Positions 1-9,003 of a DNA stretch of 64,000 nt are shown piece by piece. The notes below the pieces were generated by a model. The model was not told where the DNA came from and ran no database searches. It saw only the letters and a list, made by a program, of their open reading frames with translations. Made by a program: the position numbers and the translations under genes. The first letter of the stretch is position 1. Every line of letters begins with the position of its first letter. Source of the stretch: a virus; IMG/VR virus record IMGVR_UViG_3300034378_000186, positions 1-64,000 of that record; one strand, given 5' to 3'.

Positions 1-788
1 AAGACATATAAATTTCGTCTTTACCCAACAAAAGAGCAAGAAGTGCTTTTAAATAAGCATTTTGGACATTCTCGTTGGGTGTATAATCATTTCTTAAATG
101 AACGCAAAGAACAATATCAGGCGGATAAAAAATCTGACAATTATTACAAACAAGCTGCCACACTGACAAAACTTAAAAAAGAAGAGGATACGAAATGGTT
201 AAAAGAAGTTAATTCTCAAACGTTGCAATTTGCTTTACGTTCTTTAGATACAGCTTTTCTAAACTTTTTTAGAGGTAATGCACAATTCCCAAAGTTTAAA
301 TCTCGGAAACATAAAAATACTTTTACTGTTCCCCAATTTGGAACTTTAGTTGACAATAAAATATCAATACCTAAATTCAAAGAAGGTATTAAAGTGAAAT
401 TGCATAGAGAGGTTAAGGGTAAAATTGGTAAAATGAGTATAATCAAAACACCTACTGGAAAATATTTTGTTTCAATTTTAACCGAAGAGCAATATCAGCT
501 TAAAGAAAAGACTGGTGCTGTTTGTGGTGTGGATTTAGGATTGAAAGACTTTGCCATTACTTCTGATGGGATTAAATTCAAAAATAACCGATATACTAAG
601 AAATATGAAAGAGATTTAGCGAAAGCACAAAAACATCTTTCTCGTAAACAAAAAGGTGGCAGTTCGTTTGAAAGACAAAAACGAAAAGTTACCAACATAC
701 ACGAGAAAATATCTAACACAAGACAAGATGTATTGCATAAGGTATCACATCAGCTTGTATCTGACTATGACATAATTGCCTTAGAAGA
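1..788 (+). pseudogene. tnpB: TnpB 5' part (start upstream of window), broken just after RuvC-II Glu
   Basis: KTYKFRLYP, WLKEVNSQTLQ, FPKFKS, GVDLGLKDFAITSDG, ends DIIALE then unrelated sequence. Confidence 0.92.
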
Positions 789-815
789 AAAAGAATTTTC
801 TATATATTTATAGGT

Positions 816-1865
816 ATGAATATAGTTGATAAAAATATAGGCGGTTTGGTTGGCGGATTACTCATTGACAGCAGAGTTGATAATTATTCAATGGATAACC
901 GAAATTATAATTGTACTTGTGAGTGTGGAAACAAGATTGTAAAGTCATTTAACGCTTTAAATTTAGCTATTCGTAGGAAGAGTTATTCTACTTGTGGCTG
1001 TAAGAAGAGTGGTAAAAATATGGTTGATAAATACATTAGCAAACATATTTCCAATGTTAAAATATTAGGAAGAGTTGAAAACTATTCAATTGAAAATCAA
1101 AAGTATGATTGTTTGTGTGATTGTGGTAATAGAACAACAAAAGATTATGCTGTACTCTTTCATTCATTAAAATACGGACATAAAGTAAGTTGTGGTTGTA
1201 TTGTAACTGGTACTTGGAATAAGGGCAACTTTAATGATACATATGCAAAATCTAAAATAGGTGAAAAACACAATGAGTTATCTATAATTGGGATAGAGAA
1301 AAATAACCCACACGGGTATAAAATGATTTGCGATTGCGAGTGTGGAAATATGACGAAACAAATATATGCCGACCTTAAAAGAGGTAAAGTTAAGAGTTGT
1401 GGTTGTTATGGCAAAGAACAACAAAGTAAGTCGGGTTCTAAGTATGGGTTAAATAATGGCACTATAAATTGCTCAAAAAGAAAATGGGGTGTTGAAAAAG
1501 ATGGTAAGTTTATTAGAATGCGTTCTGGTTTTGAAGTTATGTACGCTATGATTCTTGAAAAGGAAAACATAAAATGGGAGTATGAACCCAAAAGATTTAA
1601 ACTTTCAGATGGTTTGAGATATACACCAGACTTTTATTTACCACATCAAGACCTTTGGATTGATGTTAAAGGTCATATAACAGAAAAACATAAAAAGAAA
1701 CATAGGTTATTTAGAGAACTTGGACAGAATCTTAATTTAGTTATGATTGATGAGCTACAAGAAAGATTAGGTATGAGTTACTATATGTTTAAAAAACAAT
1801 GGGATATTAAAGCCGAGTCAGACAATGTGGAAACACCTCGTATGGTAGCTGCGAGTACAGAATAG
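816..1865 (+). CDS. PD-(D/E)XK endonuclease with three CxCxCG...CGC zinc-binding repeats, inserted in tnpB
   Basis: Repeats CTCECGN/CLCDCGN/CDCECGN; C-terminal RSGFE..WEYEP..YTPDFYLP..WIDVKG. Confidence 0.8.
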   Translation: MNIVDKNIGGLVGGLLIDSRVDNYSMDNRNYNCTCECGNKIVKSFNALNLAIRRKSYSTCGCKKSGKNMVDKYISKHISNVKILGRVENYSIENQKYDCLCDCGNRTTKDYAVLFHSLKYGHKVSCGCIVTGTWNKGNFNDTYAKSKIGEKHNELSIIGIEKNNPHGYKMICDCECGNMTKQIYADLKRGKVKSCGCYGKEQQSKSGSKYGLNNGTINCSKRKWGVEKDGKFIRMRSGFEVMYAMILEKENIKWEYEPKRFKLSDGLRYTPDFYLPHQDLWIDVKGHITEKHKKKHRLFRELGQNLNLVMIDELQERLGMSYYMFKKQWDIKAESDNVETPRMVAASTE

Positions 1866-1937
1866 GCGTTCTAATCATTTTAAATGATACTACACAAACA
1901 ACAATTAAAAACAGGCTTTAAAATCTCATTAAATAAA

Positions 1938-2231
1938 AATGTAAAAGGGATGATGAGCAATAGAAAACTATCAAAGCATATTGCAGATGCAAGTTGGGGT
2001 ACATTTGTGAGGTTTTTAGAGTACAAAGCAGATTGGAATGACAAAAGAGTGGTTAAAATAAACCGCTTTTACCCCAGTTCAAAAACGTGTAACGTCTGTG
2101 GGTGGATAAATCAAGACTTAAATCTTTCAGTTCGTGAATGGACTTGCAAAAATGGACATCACTTAGATAGGGATGAAAATGCTGCAAAAAACATTCTAAA
2201 TGAAGGATTAAAGATAATATCGGCTGGAACT
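1938..2231 (+). pseudogene. tnpB: TnpB 3' part (zinc ribbon, RuvC-III)
   Basis: NVKGMM..IADASW..LEYKA..PSSKTCNVCG..WTC..DRDENAAKNI..ISAGT. Confidence 0.92.
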
Positions 2232-2265
2232 TTACAAACTAAATAATATTCCGTATATTTGAACT

Positions 2266-2850
2266 ATGAATACGAATACACAGAAATATAAAGTTTGTTA
2301 TAAATGTAGAAAGAAATTACCGCTTACAAGTGAGTATTTTTCAAAGCAGAAAAAATCCTCTGATGGTTTTGATGGTAGATGCAAGTCTTGTGTAAACTTA
2401 ATATCTAAGAAGTATCGTAAAGAAAAAGGTGAACAATATAGGATTGATAACATTACTAAGGCTAAGGAGCAACAACAAAAAAGAATAGCAAAAAGACAAT
2501 GTAGGCACTGCTCAACTAATAGACTATCAAATAGCGATACACTATGTGAAAAACATTGGTTTCAATACGCTTCTAAACGTCATCTTGGGACAATGAAAAG
2601 AGGGGGTGAACTGAAAGCATTATTGGAAAGGCAGAATTATAAATGTGCTTATACAGGATTGATTTTAACACCTGCATTAGATGCAGGCGTTGACCATATT
2701 ATTGCTCTTTCAAATGATGCGGGGCAACATAATAAAATAGAAAATCTTCAATGGGTACACTCTGAAATAAACAGAATGAAGAATAACCATACAGAAGAAG
2801 ATTTTTTGAAATACATTAAACTAATCTATGAAAATAGATTGAGTGGGTAG
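2266..2850 (+). CDS. HNH endonuclease with N-terminal CxxC zinc motifs
   Basis: CYKC..CKSC; QNYKCAYTG..VDHIIA..NLQWVHSEINRMKNN. Confidence 0.85.
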   Translation: MNTNTQKYKVCYKCRKKLPLTSEYFSKQKKSSDGFDGRCKSCVNLISKKYRKEKGEQYRIDNITKAKEQQQKRIAKRQCRHCSTNRLSNSDTLCEKHWFQYASKRHLGTMKRGGELKALLERQNYKCAYTGLILTPALDAGVDHIIALSNDAGQHNKIENLQWVHSEINRMKNNHTEEDFLKYIKLIYENRLSG

Positions 2851-2975
2851 GGACTATCCACTATACACGGGTGGAGCTATAAATAAGACTTCTTTCGAGA
2901 AGCATAAAGCTGTGAAACCCGAAGCCCGTTTGTCTTTAGTAAATGGGTAGTTCACCGAACTGAGATGAATTTAAT
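2842..2975 (+). ncRNA. omegaRNA (TnpB guide RNA) scaffold plus ~20-nt flank-derived guide
   Basis: 5' hairpin AGTGGGTAG-GGA-CTATCCACT, CGGGT/ACCCG pairing, TTCT-TTCG-AGAA hairpin, RE hairpin, TCAC at 2952-2955. Confidence 0.75.
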
Positions 2976-3057
2976 TAGTAGCATAAATAATAATTAACCA
3001 GCCAACACCGCAATGGATGCTACATGTTGTTAGGTGCTGGCGCAATACTTTAATAAA

Positions 3058-3342
3058 ATGGACGAAATGTCAAAAGCTTGTACAAAAGAAAGCCGCCCTG
3101 AGTTTGCGGAATTGTTAGAAGCATTCAAAGAGCAATTAAACTACATGGATGAAAACTCAAGTATTATTAACGAAAAGGTGAACACGATTAAAGATTTACA
3201 TTTTCCTGAAAAAGAACCAAGCCTGGAAGAAATTCAATCGAGTGGCGTATTAGGTGAACTGTGGGGATGCGTGGCAAAAATGCGCGAGTACAACAACACG
3301 CTTAATGAAAGCAAAAAAAGTTTGGTTAGGTTCATTGGTTAA
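3058..3342 (+). CDS. hypothetical helical protein flanked by inverted repeats
   Basis: ORF; ATG at 3058 preferred over GTG 3034. Confidence 0.7.
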   Translation: MDEMSKACTKESRPEFAELLEAFKEQLNYMDENSSIINEKVNTIKDLHFPEKEPSLEEIQSSGVLGELWGCVAKMREYNNTLNESKKSLVRFIG

Positions 3343-3460
3343 ATGGATAGCGTGCAGGCGTGGGTCGGCTGCGCTTGCACCTAATGAATGGTAATGATAA
3401 GAAACAGGAGAAGATCTTGTCAAAAATTATCACTTTAAAAAACACTAAAAGGAAATAATT

Positions 3461-3790
3461 ATGGATGAAAATAAAAAAATAAATCAGGTAAAAGCAGGAG
3501 ATGTAAATCTTGATGTTCAATTGGATGGTGATAAATTAGTTATCAAACCATTAGATCTTGTTTCAGGATTAAAAATGATTGGTATTATATTTAAAGAAGA
3601 AGAGGTAGAAGGAAAAGATGAATATTGGAGTGATGCCTATCAGGCTACATTTCAATTTAAGGATGGTGTATTCTCTGTAAAACCAACCAGGCCAATTAAA
3701 CTGCTTCAGGTAAGTGTTCATGTTCAAACTGATATTGTTATTAGTCCTGATGAAGAAGATAAGCCTTATAAAGAAGATTTAAATAAGTAA
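3461..3790 (+). CDS. hypothetical protein
   Basis: ORF with A-rich leader. Confidence 0.75.
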   Translation: MDENKKINQVKAGDVNLDVQLDGDKLVIKPLDLVSGLKMIGIIFKEEEVEGKDEYWSDAYQATFQFKDGVFSVKPTRPIKLLQVSVHVQTDIVISPDEEDKPYKEDLNK

Positions 3791-3854
3791 CGTAAAGATA
3801 ATAGATTAGTAGAGTTAAGAAATGAGGGGTTTAATGTATGGGGATGGATGCTAT

Positions 3855-3898
3855 ATATAAATGTTATATGTCAGATTGAAAAATTTTTATTATATTTA
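3855..3898 (+). promoter_or_regulatory. palindrome ATATAA-N3-TTATAT upstream of TATATTTA box
   Basis: ATATAAATGTTATAT 3855-3869; TATATTTA 3891-3898. Confidence 0.5.
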
Positions 3899-3924
3899 TT
3901 GAAAATGTTTATTAAAATGCTATT

Positions 3925-5001
3925 ATGGGTAAGAAAAATTCGGTGGTACAGATTCCAGATTTTGTAAAAGAAAAAGGAGAATCTGCACAAAAGTCTTATA
4001 TTCAATGGGTTAAGATTACGGATGAAATTCATAATCATCCTAAAAGGTATATGAGGGTGCCTTCAAAAGAAGATCCAGAGGAGTTTATTGAGGTAGATTG
4101 CATACAAGCAATCAATCATGTTCGTAAAAAGGTTATACATTGTACGAAAGATATCAGGGATTTAGTTGAGATTAATTGGAAAGAAATTCAAAAGCTTAAA
4201 ATCAAAAAAGGACAGATTAGAAGGGAATGGGATAACATTGTTTATTCTAAACCTGATGAGGGAGGGATATTTGATGTAAAGAGAACTGACATAATAGAAT
4301 TGTTTGGGCAGTATAAAACTGTGAATGAGGTTAAAAAGATAATTACAGAAGAATGGGGTTATCAGATTTCAACACACAAGGTTAAATCATTTTATCTGGC
4401 AAATAAGGAAAGGGTTACAGAACTAAGAAAGGAATGGGCTGATGATTATACAGATTTTGATGTGGCTCATAAAAGAGGTAGATTGGAGAAATTAGCTTAT
4501 CTGGCAACAACTCAGATGGATAAATACAGGGAGAAGCATTCAATACCTCACTCTAGGGAAGTTAGAGCTATATTGGAACAGATCAGACATGAAATAGAAG
4601 GGGAAGAAATCCGGGTAAATATTAAAGGTGAAATTGATATTCAACAAACCATATTAGTTAATCAATCTATTAATCAGGTCACCAGGAAAGTGAATTTGAA
4701 TTCATTTATAGTAGGATTGGTAGCTGCTCAAAGGGGATTGGATGTGGGTAAGTTTATGAATATATTACAGAATTCTTATTATGCTAAATATACTGGATTT
4801 GGAAGTAAGAAGGCTGTAAAAGGAGAAGAAATAAATTATCCAAGTAAAATTATATATAATTGGAATGAAATTGATGATATAAATAGTGAAGGGGTGGAAG
4901 ATATTTCACATACAGAAGAGGTTACATTTGAACCTGAAAATGATCTCAGGGCAAAATTAATAAATAGGGTTAAAGAGAAAAGTAAAAACGTAAAAACTTA
5001 A
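3925..5001 (+). CDS. hypothetical protein, possibly terminase small subunit-like (DUF2280-like)
   Basis: HTH-like region then VAHKRGRLEKL..ILEQIRHEIEG; weak resemblance only. Confidence 0.4.
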   Translation: MGKKNSVVQIPDFVKEKGESAQKSYIQWVKITDEIHNHPKRYMRVPSKEDPEEFIEVDCIQAINHVRKKVIHCTKDIRDLVEINWKEIQKLKIKKGQIRREWDNIVYSKPDEGGIFDVKRTDIIELFGQYKTVNEVKKIITEEWGYQISTHKVKSFYLANKERVTELRKEWADDYTDFDVAHKRGRLEKLAYLATTQMDKYREKHSIPHSREVRAILEQIRHEIEGEEIRVNIKGEIDIQQTILVNQSINQVTRKVNLNSFIVGLVAAQRGLDVGKFMNILQNSYYAKYTGFGSKKAVKGEEINYPSKIIYNWNEIDDINSEGVEDISHTEEVTFEPENDLRAKLINRVKEKSKNVKT

Positions 5002-5003
5002 TC

Positions 5004-5219
5004 ATGGACGAAAAACATAAGGAAATTATTCTTAAATTTATAGATCAATTAATTTTAGTATCTGAATTCAATGAAATAAGGATGAAGAAAGTTGAGGCAG
5101 TAGAAAGACAGGATTATGCATTAGCCTCAGAATTAAGAAAAAAGGAATTAGAGATTTCTAATAAAATACCAAATATTCAAGATCTAAAAAACATTAGGGA
5201 AGAAATTAAAAACATTTAA
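5004..5219 (+). CDS. small protein with UVR-like coiled coil
   Basis: KKVEAVERQDYALASELRKKE resembles UvrB/UvrC (UVR) motif. Confidence 0.55.
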   Translation: MDEKHKEIILKFIDQLILVSEFNEIRMKKVEAVERQDYALASELRKKELEISNKIPNIQDLKNIREEIKNI

Positions 5220-5220
5220 A

Positions 5221-5760
5221 ATGGATGCAAAAGAATTTTTAAAAAGTGAAGGATTAATCGCAAAAGGTAAATCCGATTTTATAATTAAATATCCGGATGG
5301 GAAAGAAGTTTCATTGGTGAATCTGATGAATATGTTTTTGAATGCTTCCCTTCCAAGTGTGGAAAAGATATTTAAACAATATCCTCCTATTATAGAAGTA
5401 GAAGTAACTCAAGATGCTGCCATGTATTTGGATGAATTTAGGGATGAATTGATGAGATATATGAAGCAAAAGGAATTATATAAAGATTGTCCAGTATTTG
5501 TATTATTGGGTGAACAATCTGAAATTAAGCTTCATTCAGTATTAAAAGAAGGGTTTAAAGAATTTCAGATTATCAAAAAGGATCTTGAAAAATTAATGGA
5601 AAAAGTAAAACAAAAAGAAGATGAAAAATCAAAAAAATCAGGAGAATTGGGTAAAGGAAACAAATCCAAGGGAGGAAGTAAAAATAGCTCAAAAGGTTCT
5701 GAAAAAGATAAAGGAAAACAGAAAAGGGAAAAAGTTCAAGATGATAAAAGTGATGGATAA
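5221..5760 (+). CDS. hypothetical protein, Lys-rich tail
   Basis: ORF in operon. Confidence 0.7.
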   Translation: MDAKEFLKSEGLIAKGKSDFIIKYPDGKEVSLVNLMNMFLNASLPSVEKIFKQYPPIIEVEVTQDAAMYLDEFRDELMRYMKQKELYKDCPVFVLLGEQSEIKLHSVLKEGFKEFQIIKKDLEKLMEKVKQKEDEKSKKSGELGKGNKSKGGSKNSSKGSEKDKGKQKREKVQDDKSDG

Positions 5761-5826
5761 GCCATTAACATATAAGGAAGTTGAGGTTTTGAATTAGTTT
5801 GTTGTTTCCATACTAATTTAAGGGTT

Positions 5827-5861
5827 GAGGGGTTCTAAGCGGTTGGAATCCCTCTTTTTTT
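5827..5861 (+). terminator. intrinsic terminator
   Basis: GAGGGGTTCTAA-GCGG-TTGGAATCCCTC followed by T-run. Confidence 0.8.
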
Positions 5862-5914
5862 AGCTTTAGTAGTAGTAGAAAGGTAAAAAAAATGATTTTT
5901 TTGTAAAAAAAACA

Positions 5915-5967
5915 ACATATAATTTTTATATATAAAGAAAAATTAGTATATTTGTAATGGATATTAA
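5915..5967 (+). promoter_or_regulatory. conserved promoter: palindrome plus Bacteroidota -7 box
   Basis: ATATAATTTTTATAT at 5917, TATATTTG at 5947; near-identical block at 15809. Confidence 0.75.
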
Positions 5968-5992
5968 TATTAACAATTTAAAACAATACAAA

Positions 5993-6589
5993 ATGGAAAC
6001 TTTAGTTGGTTTATGGTGTAATTTATTCAGAGCTATTGAAATAGCTAAAACAGGTGAATATTCGATTTCAATTTATTTTGACCAAGAATATAAAAAGGGG
6101 TTTGACGATTATAGGTCAATCAAGGCATTCTGTAAGGGTTGGTTTGATAAATTTGTTTCAGATGGTGATATAAAGATAGAGATTGTGAAGCCACAGTCTT
6201 ATGAACAAAAAAGTAAATATGAAACTTTAGAAGATATTTCACTAAGAGTAGAAAAATCTTTACAATTCCAAAAACCAGAATTAAACCTATGTAATGCTTC
6301 TGAATCTTTATTAGAAACAACTACTCAAAGATTAGATTTATCACTTTCACAAGTTGAAAAGATAAAACAAATAGCTGCTACCATTGCACAGATGGATTTT
6401 TCTGAAACTATACAAGCACAACACATAGCTGAATCAATTCAGTATTCATTTATGTATAACGATACGGGTTATAATGCAGAAGAGGAGTCTATAATGTTTG
6501 GGGACATGATTCAGATAAAATTAGGTAAAATAGACAGCGAAACGATTAAATCGGCTATTGATTATCTCAACGGGGTGCTGCTGTCTTAA
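5993..6589 (+). CDS. ComM/YifB (Mg-chelatase-related)-like protein lacking the ATPase core
   Basis: FRAIEIAKTG; DIKIEIVKP; RLDLS..KIKQIAATIA..SETIQAQHIAESIQY; no Walker A/B. Confidence 0.65.
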   Translation: METLVGLWCNLFRAIEIAKTGEYSISIYFDQEYKKGFDDYRSIKAFCKGWFDKFVSDGDIKIEIVKPQSYEQKSKYETLEDISLRVEKSLQFQKPELNLCNASESLLETTTQRLDLSLSQVEKIKQIAATIAQMDFSETIQAQHIAESIQYSFMYNDTGYNAEEESIMFGDMIQIKLGKIDSETIKSAIDYLNGVLLS

Positions 6590-6648
6590 ATGCCCCTTAA
6601 CTCCGATATAAACGCCATTTAAAATTTTATGTTTAAAGGTAAATAATC

Positions 6649-6948
6649 ATGAAAAAATCATTTATAATATTAATAGGTCTGCTCTTGGGGTTGGGATTAT
6701 CAGCTCAGGAACCACCTCAGATCATATCTGAGACTGACACAACACTTACCTATATAAATCAGGATGGTGATACATTAACTGTTCAAACTTGGAGTCAAAA
6801 GGATAATCCAGGAATTGATTATAAGGAGTTCTATTCAGGTACTCCTGTTGATACAGTTATATTATATCATAATATTACCCCTGTTAAATATATGGAAAGT
6901 TATAGAGAAAAAGAACAGGAGGAAGATCCTGGAAATTCCGATTATTAG
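6649..6948 (+). CDS. secreted hypothetical protein
   Basis: Signal peptide MKKSFIILIGLLLGLGLSA-Q. Confidence 0.7.
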   Translation: MKKSFIILIGLLLGLGLSAQEPPQIISETDTTLTYINQDGDTLTVQTWSQKDNPGIDYKEFYSGTPVDTVILYHNITPVKYMESYREKEQEEDPGNSDY

Positions 6949-6969
6949 AAACCAATAAAACATACAATA

Positions 6970-7341
6970 ATGGAAACAACAGAAATTATTCAAAGGAAAG
7001 AAAATTTTAAACAGGTTTGTGTATGGCCTGGAACTACAATGGGAGATTCAAAACCTGAAGAATTTGAAGAATTTTTTATGGAAAATTTTGAAACCAGAAC
7101 TCAATTTTTGGAAGAGGTTACTACACTTCCTGATAGAAATGAGATGGGGGATATAATCCCTGAAACAGGAGGAAGGATTGATATTTTATTTGCAGTCCAT
7201 GATGAAGACATTTCTAAATTTTCAGTCAGTAGGCTTTCAATGGGTATTAGATGGATTGAAGATGCTGTTTCAAACATTAATAATCCAAATGGGATTATAT
7301 ATGATGAAAGGATTCTTCAATATAAAGAATGGGAGGCTTAA
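6970..7341 (+). CDS. hypothetical phage protein
   Basis: ORF in operon. Confidence 0.75.
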   Translation: METTEIIQRKENFKQVCVWPGTTMGDSKPEEFEEFFMENFETRTQFLEEVTTLPDRNEMGDIIPETGGRIDILFAVHDEDISKFSVSRLSMGIRWIEDAVSNINNPNGIIYDERILQYKEWEA

Positions 7342-7343
7342 AA

Positions 7344-7535
7344 ATGAATATATATGATTACATAAAAGCCATGGAGGTAATTCTCCAGGATAACAGGCTG
7401 ACAGATGCTCAAAAGGTTGATAATGTGAAGGCCTTAATCAAAAGGGTACCTGCAGAAAATCATGAAAGAAAATGTGAAGAGGAAATCCCTACCCAAACAA
7501 AGGAAGGGTTTGATCTCAGGTTTTTAAAGAATTAA
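7344..7535 (+). CDS. hypothetical protein
   Basis: ORF in operon. Confidence 0.6.
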   Translation: MNIYDYIKAMEVILQDNRLTDAQKVDNVKALIKRVPAENHERKCEEEIPTQTKEGFDLRFLKN

Positions 7536-7548
7536 ATTTTTACTATTA

Positions 7549-7776
7549 ATGAAAAAGAAATTAGAACTATTAGGAAAGTTATCAAGGGAAACTCAATATG
7601 CGAGTTTCCAACTTTCTTGTTTAAAAAATGGTAAATGGAAGATATATTTTCCTAATATGGTTTATGGTAATAATTTAGAAGGGGATGATTCAGAAGAGGT
7701 AATTGATAGAGCTATTAATTTCCTTAAAAAGAAAAGACATAAAACAACTTCATTTGAAAAACAATATTCCCTATGA
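7549..7776 (+). CDS. hypothetical protein
   Basis: ORF in operon. Confidence 0.65.
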   Translation: MKKKLELLGKLSRETQYASFQLSCLKNGKWKIYFPNMVYGNNLEGDDSEEVIDRAINFLKKKRHKTTSFEKQYSL

Positions 7777-8006
7777 ATGTAAAATATAAATATGTTCGGT
7801 TAAAGAGTTTTGATTCTATTGTGATATTTCCTGAGGTAATATAGCATAAAAGAATGAAATATCTGGGAGAAATTATTTCTGCAGGATTTTGTTATATAGG
7901 AGAAAAGGGTGTAGAATGTTTTGGAGAAAGTGTTTCACTTGGGTTACCTTCAAATCCGGAAGAGGATAGCAAATTAGCAACAAGGCAATTTTTTAAACAT
8001 TATTAA
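7773..8006 (+). pseudogene. small phage gene with one in-frame TAG (7842-7844)
   Basis: ATGA overlap with upstream stop; IVIFPEVI*HK..ISAGFC..CFGESVSLGL reads as one frame filling the gap. Confidence 0.75.
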
Positions 8007-8009
8007 TAT

Positions 8010-8552
8010 ATGGAAACAATTAATTTAATTTCATGTCATCATTGTTCAACAGGAACACAATTTTCATTTAAAAATATTTTGAGTGCCCTGAATAATCCAA
8101 ATAAATCCTTTTCATATGAATTGGCTGGATTATCAGGTGAAAAGATGAATAGAAATATAATAGTGGATAGAGTTAATATTGGAGCTGTTATTCAAATTCA
8201 TGGAGAAAATCTTGAATTAGATAATACTATATTCAAAAAGAAAGATCCAGGATTAAGAGATGTATGGTTTTTGAATGAAAAATGTATTGTTCAGTTTATG
8301 AAGTATCCCCAGGGAAGAACTGCAATTTTACTCAGGGTGAAAGAAACAGGTGAACCAATGGCAAAAGCTACTATTAATATTCCTTATGAGAAACAGGAAG
8401 AGGGTGAAGTATTCATTAAGGATTATTCTGAGAATGAGGGAATGGTGAAAGCTTTATATGAGTCAGGGATTATTGATATACCTCATAGATATATAAATAA
8501 CGGAAGAACTGAAATCCCGGTTTGTAAATTAAAAGTAAAACCTCAAGTATAA
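8010..8552 (+). CDS. hypothetical phage protein (DUF4313-like C-terminus)
   Basis: ATINIP..GEVFIKDYSENEGMVKAL..GII. Confidence 0.55.
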   Translation: METINLISCHHCSTGTQFSFKNILSALNNPNKSFSYELAGLSGEKMNRNIIVDRVNIGAVIQIHGENLELDNTIFKKKDPGLRDVWFLNEKCIVQFMKYPQGRTAILLRVKETGEPMAKATINIPYEKQEEGEVFIKDYSENEGMVKALYESGIIDIPHRYINNGRTEIPVCKLKVKPQV

Positions 8553-8806
8553 TGGAAGGAAAGAATTTTAGAGATGGTGTAATACAGAGTTCGCCAATTG
8601 ATGGTTTTTACAAGTACAATAAGTTTAAAACTTCAAAAGAGGCTGCAAAGCATATTAAGAATTTTAGAACTAAAGAAATTGCTGCTATTGAAATGAAAAT
8701 TCAAAAGTTAAGAAAAAAGCAAGAATGGTTGGTTAAAACAAAGCCTGTATTAACTGATATTGTTGGTACGTATGAACAAATTGAAAAAGCAGGAAAGTCA
8801 TGGTAA
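8552..8806 (+). CDS. hypothetical protein
   Basis: ORF, coupled. Confidence 0.65.
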   Translation: MEGKNFRDGVIQSSPIDGFYKYNKFKTSKEAAKHIKNFRTKEIAAIEMKIQKLRKKQEWLVKTKPVLTDIVGTYEQIEKAGKSW

Positions 8807-9003
8807 TATTTTTGATTATATTTGGAGTAGTTTTATTGGTGGGATTAATTATAAGGGGTTTAAATAGGTTCAGAAAAGATAATCCTGGTTACTTCTGCCC
8901 ATTTTATAAAAATGATGGATGCTTACATGTTGATGGGTATTTATGTGATATAAATGATTGTTCAATTTTAAAAAAATACAGTGATGTTAAAAATTTATTA
9001 TGA
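8800..9003 (+). CDS. small membrane protein with Cys-rich tail
   Basis: N-terminal TM; CPF..C.HVDG..C...C. Confidence 0.6.
   Translation: MVIFLIIFGVVLLVGLIIRGLNRFRKDNPGYFCPFYKNDGCLHVDGYLCDINDCSILKKYSDVKNLL

Larger units (their letters stand above)
1..2955 (+). mobile_element. IS200/IS605-family (tnpB-only, IS1341-like) element with two internal nuclease cassettes; left end outside window
   Basis: tnpB motifs from base 1; right end hairpin GCCCGTTTGTCTTTAGTAAATGGGT followed by AGTTCAC ending at 2955. Confidence 0.9.

Noticed and set aside
789-2862. Group I/II introns or IStron
   Set aside because: Inserts are almost wholly ORF with very short flanks; no recognisable catalytic core; junction at 788/1938 appears to lose bases
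7842-7844. Genome-wide TAG reassignment
   Set aside because: Code 11 gives dense full-length genes and several end in TAG (6948, 48179, 55628)
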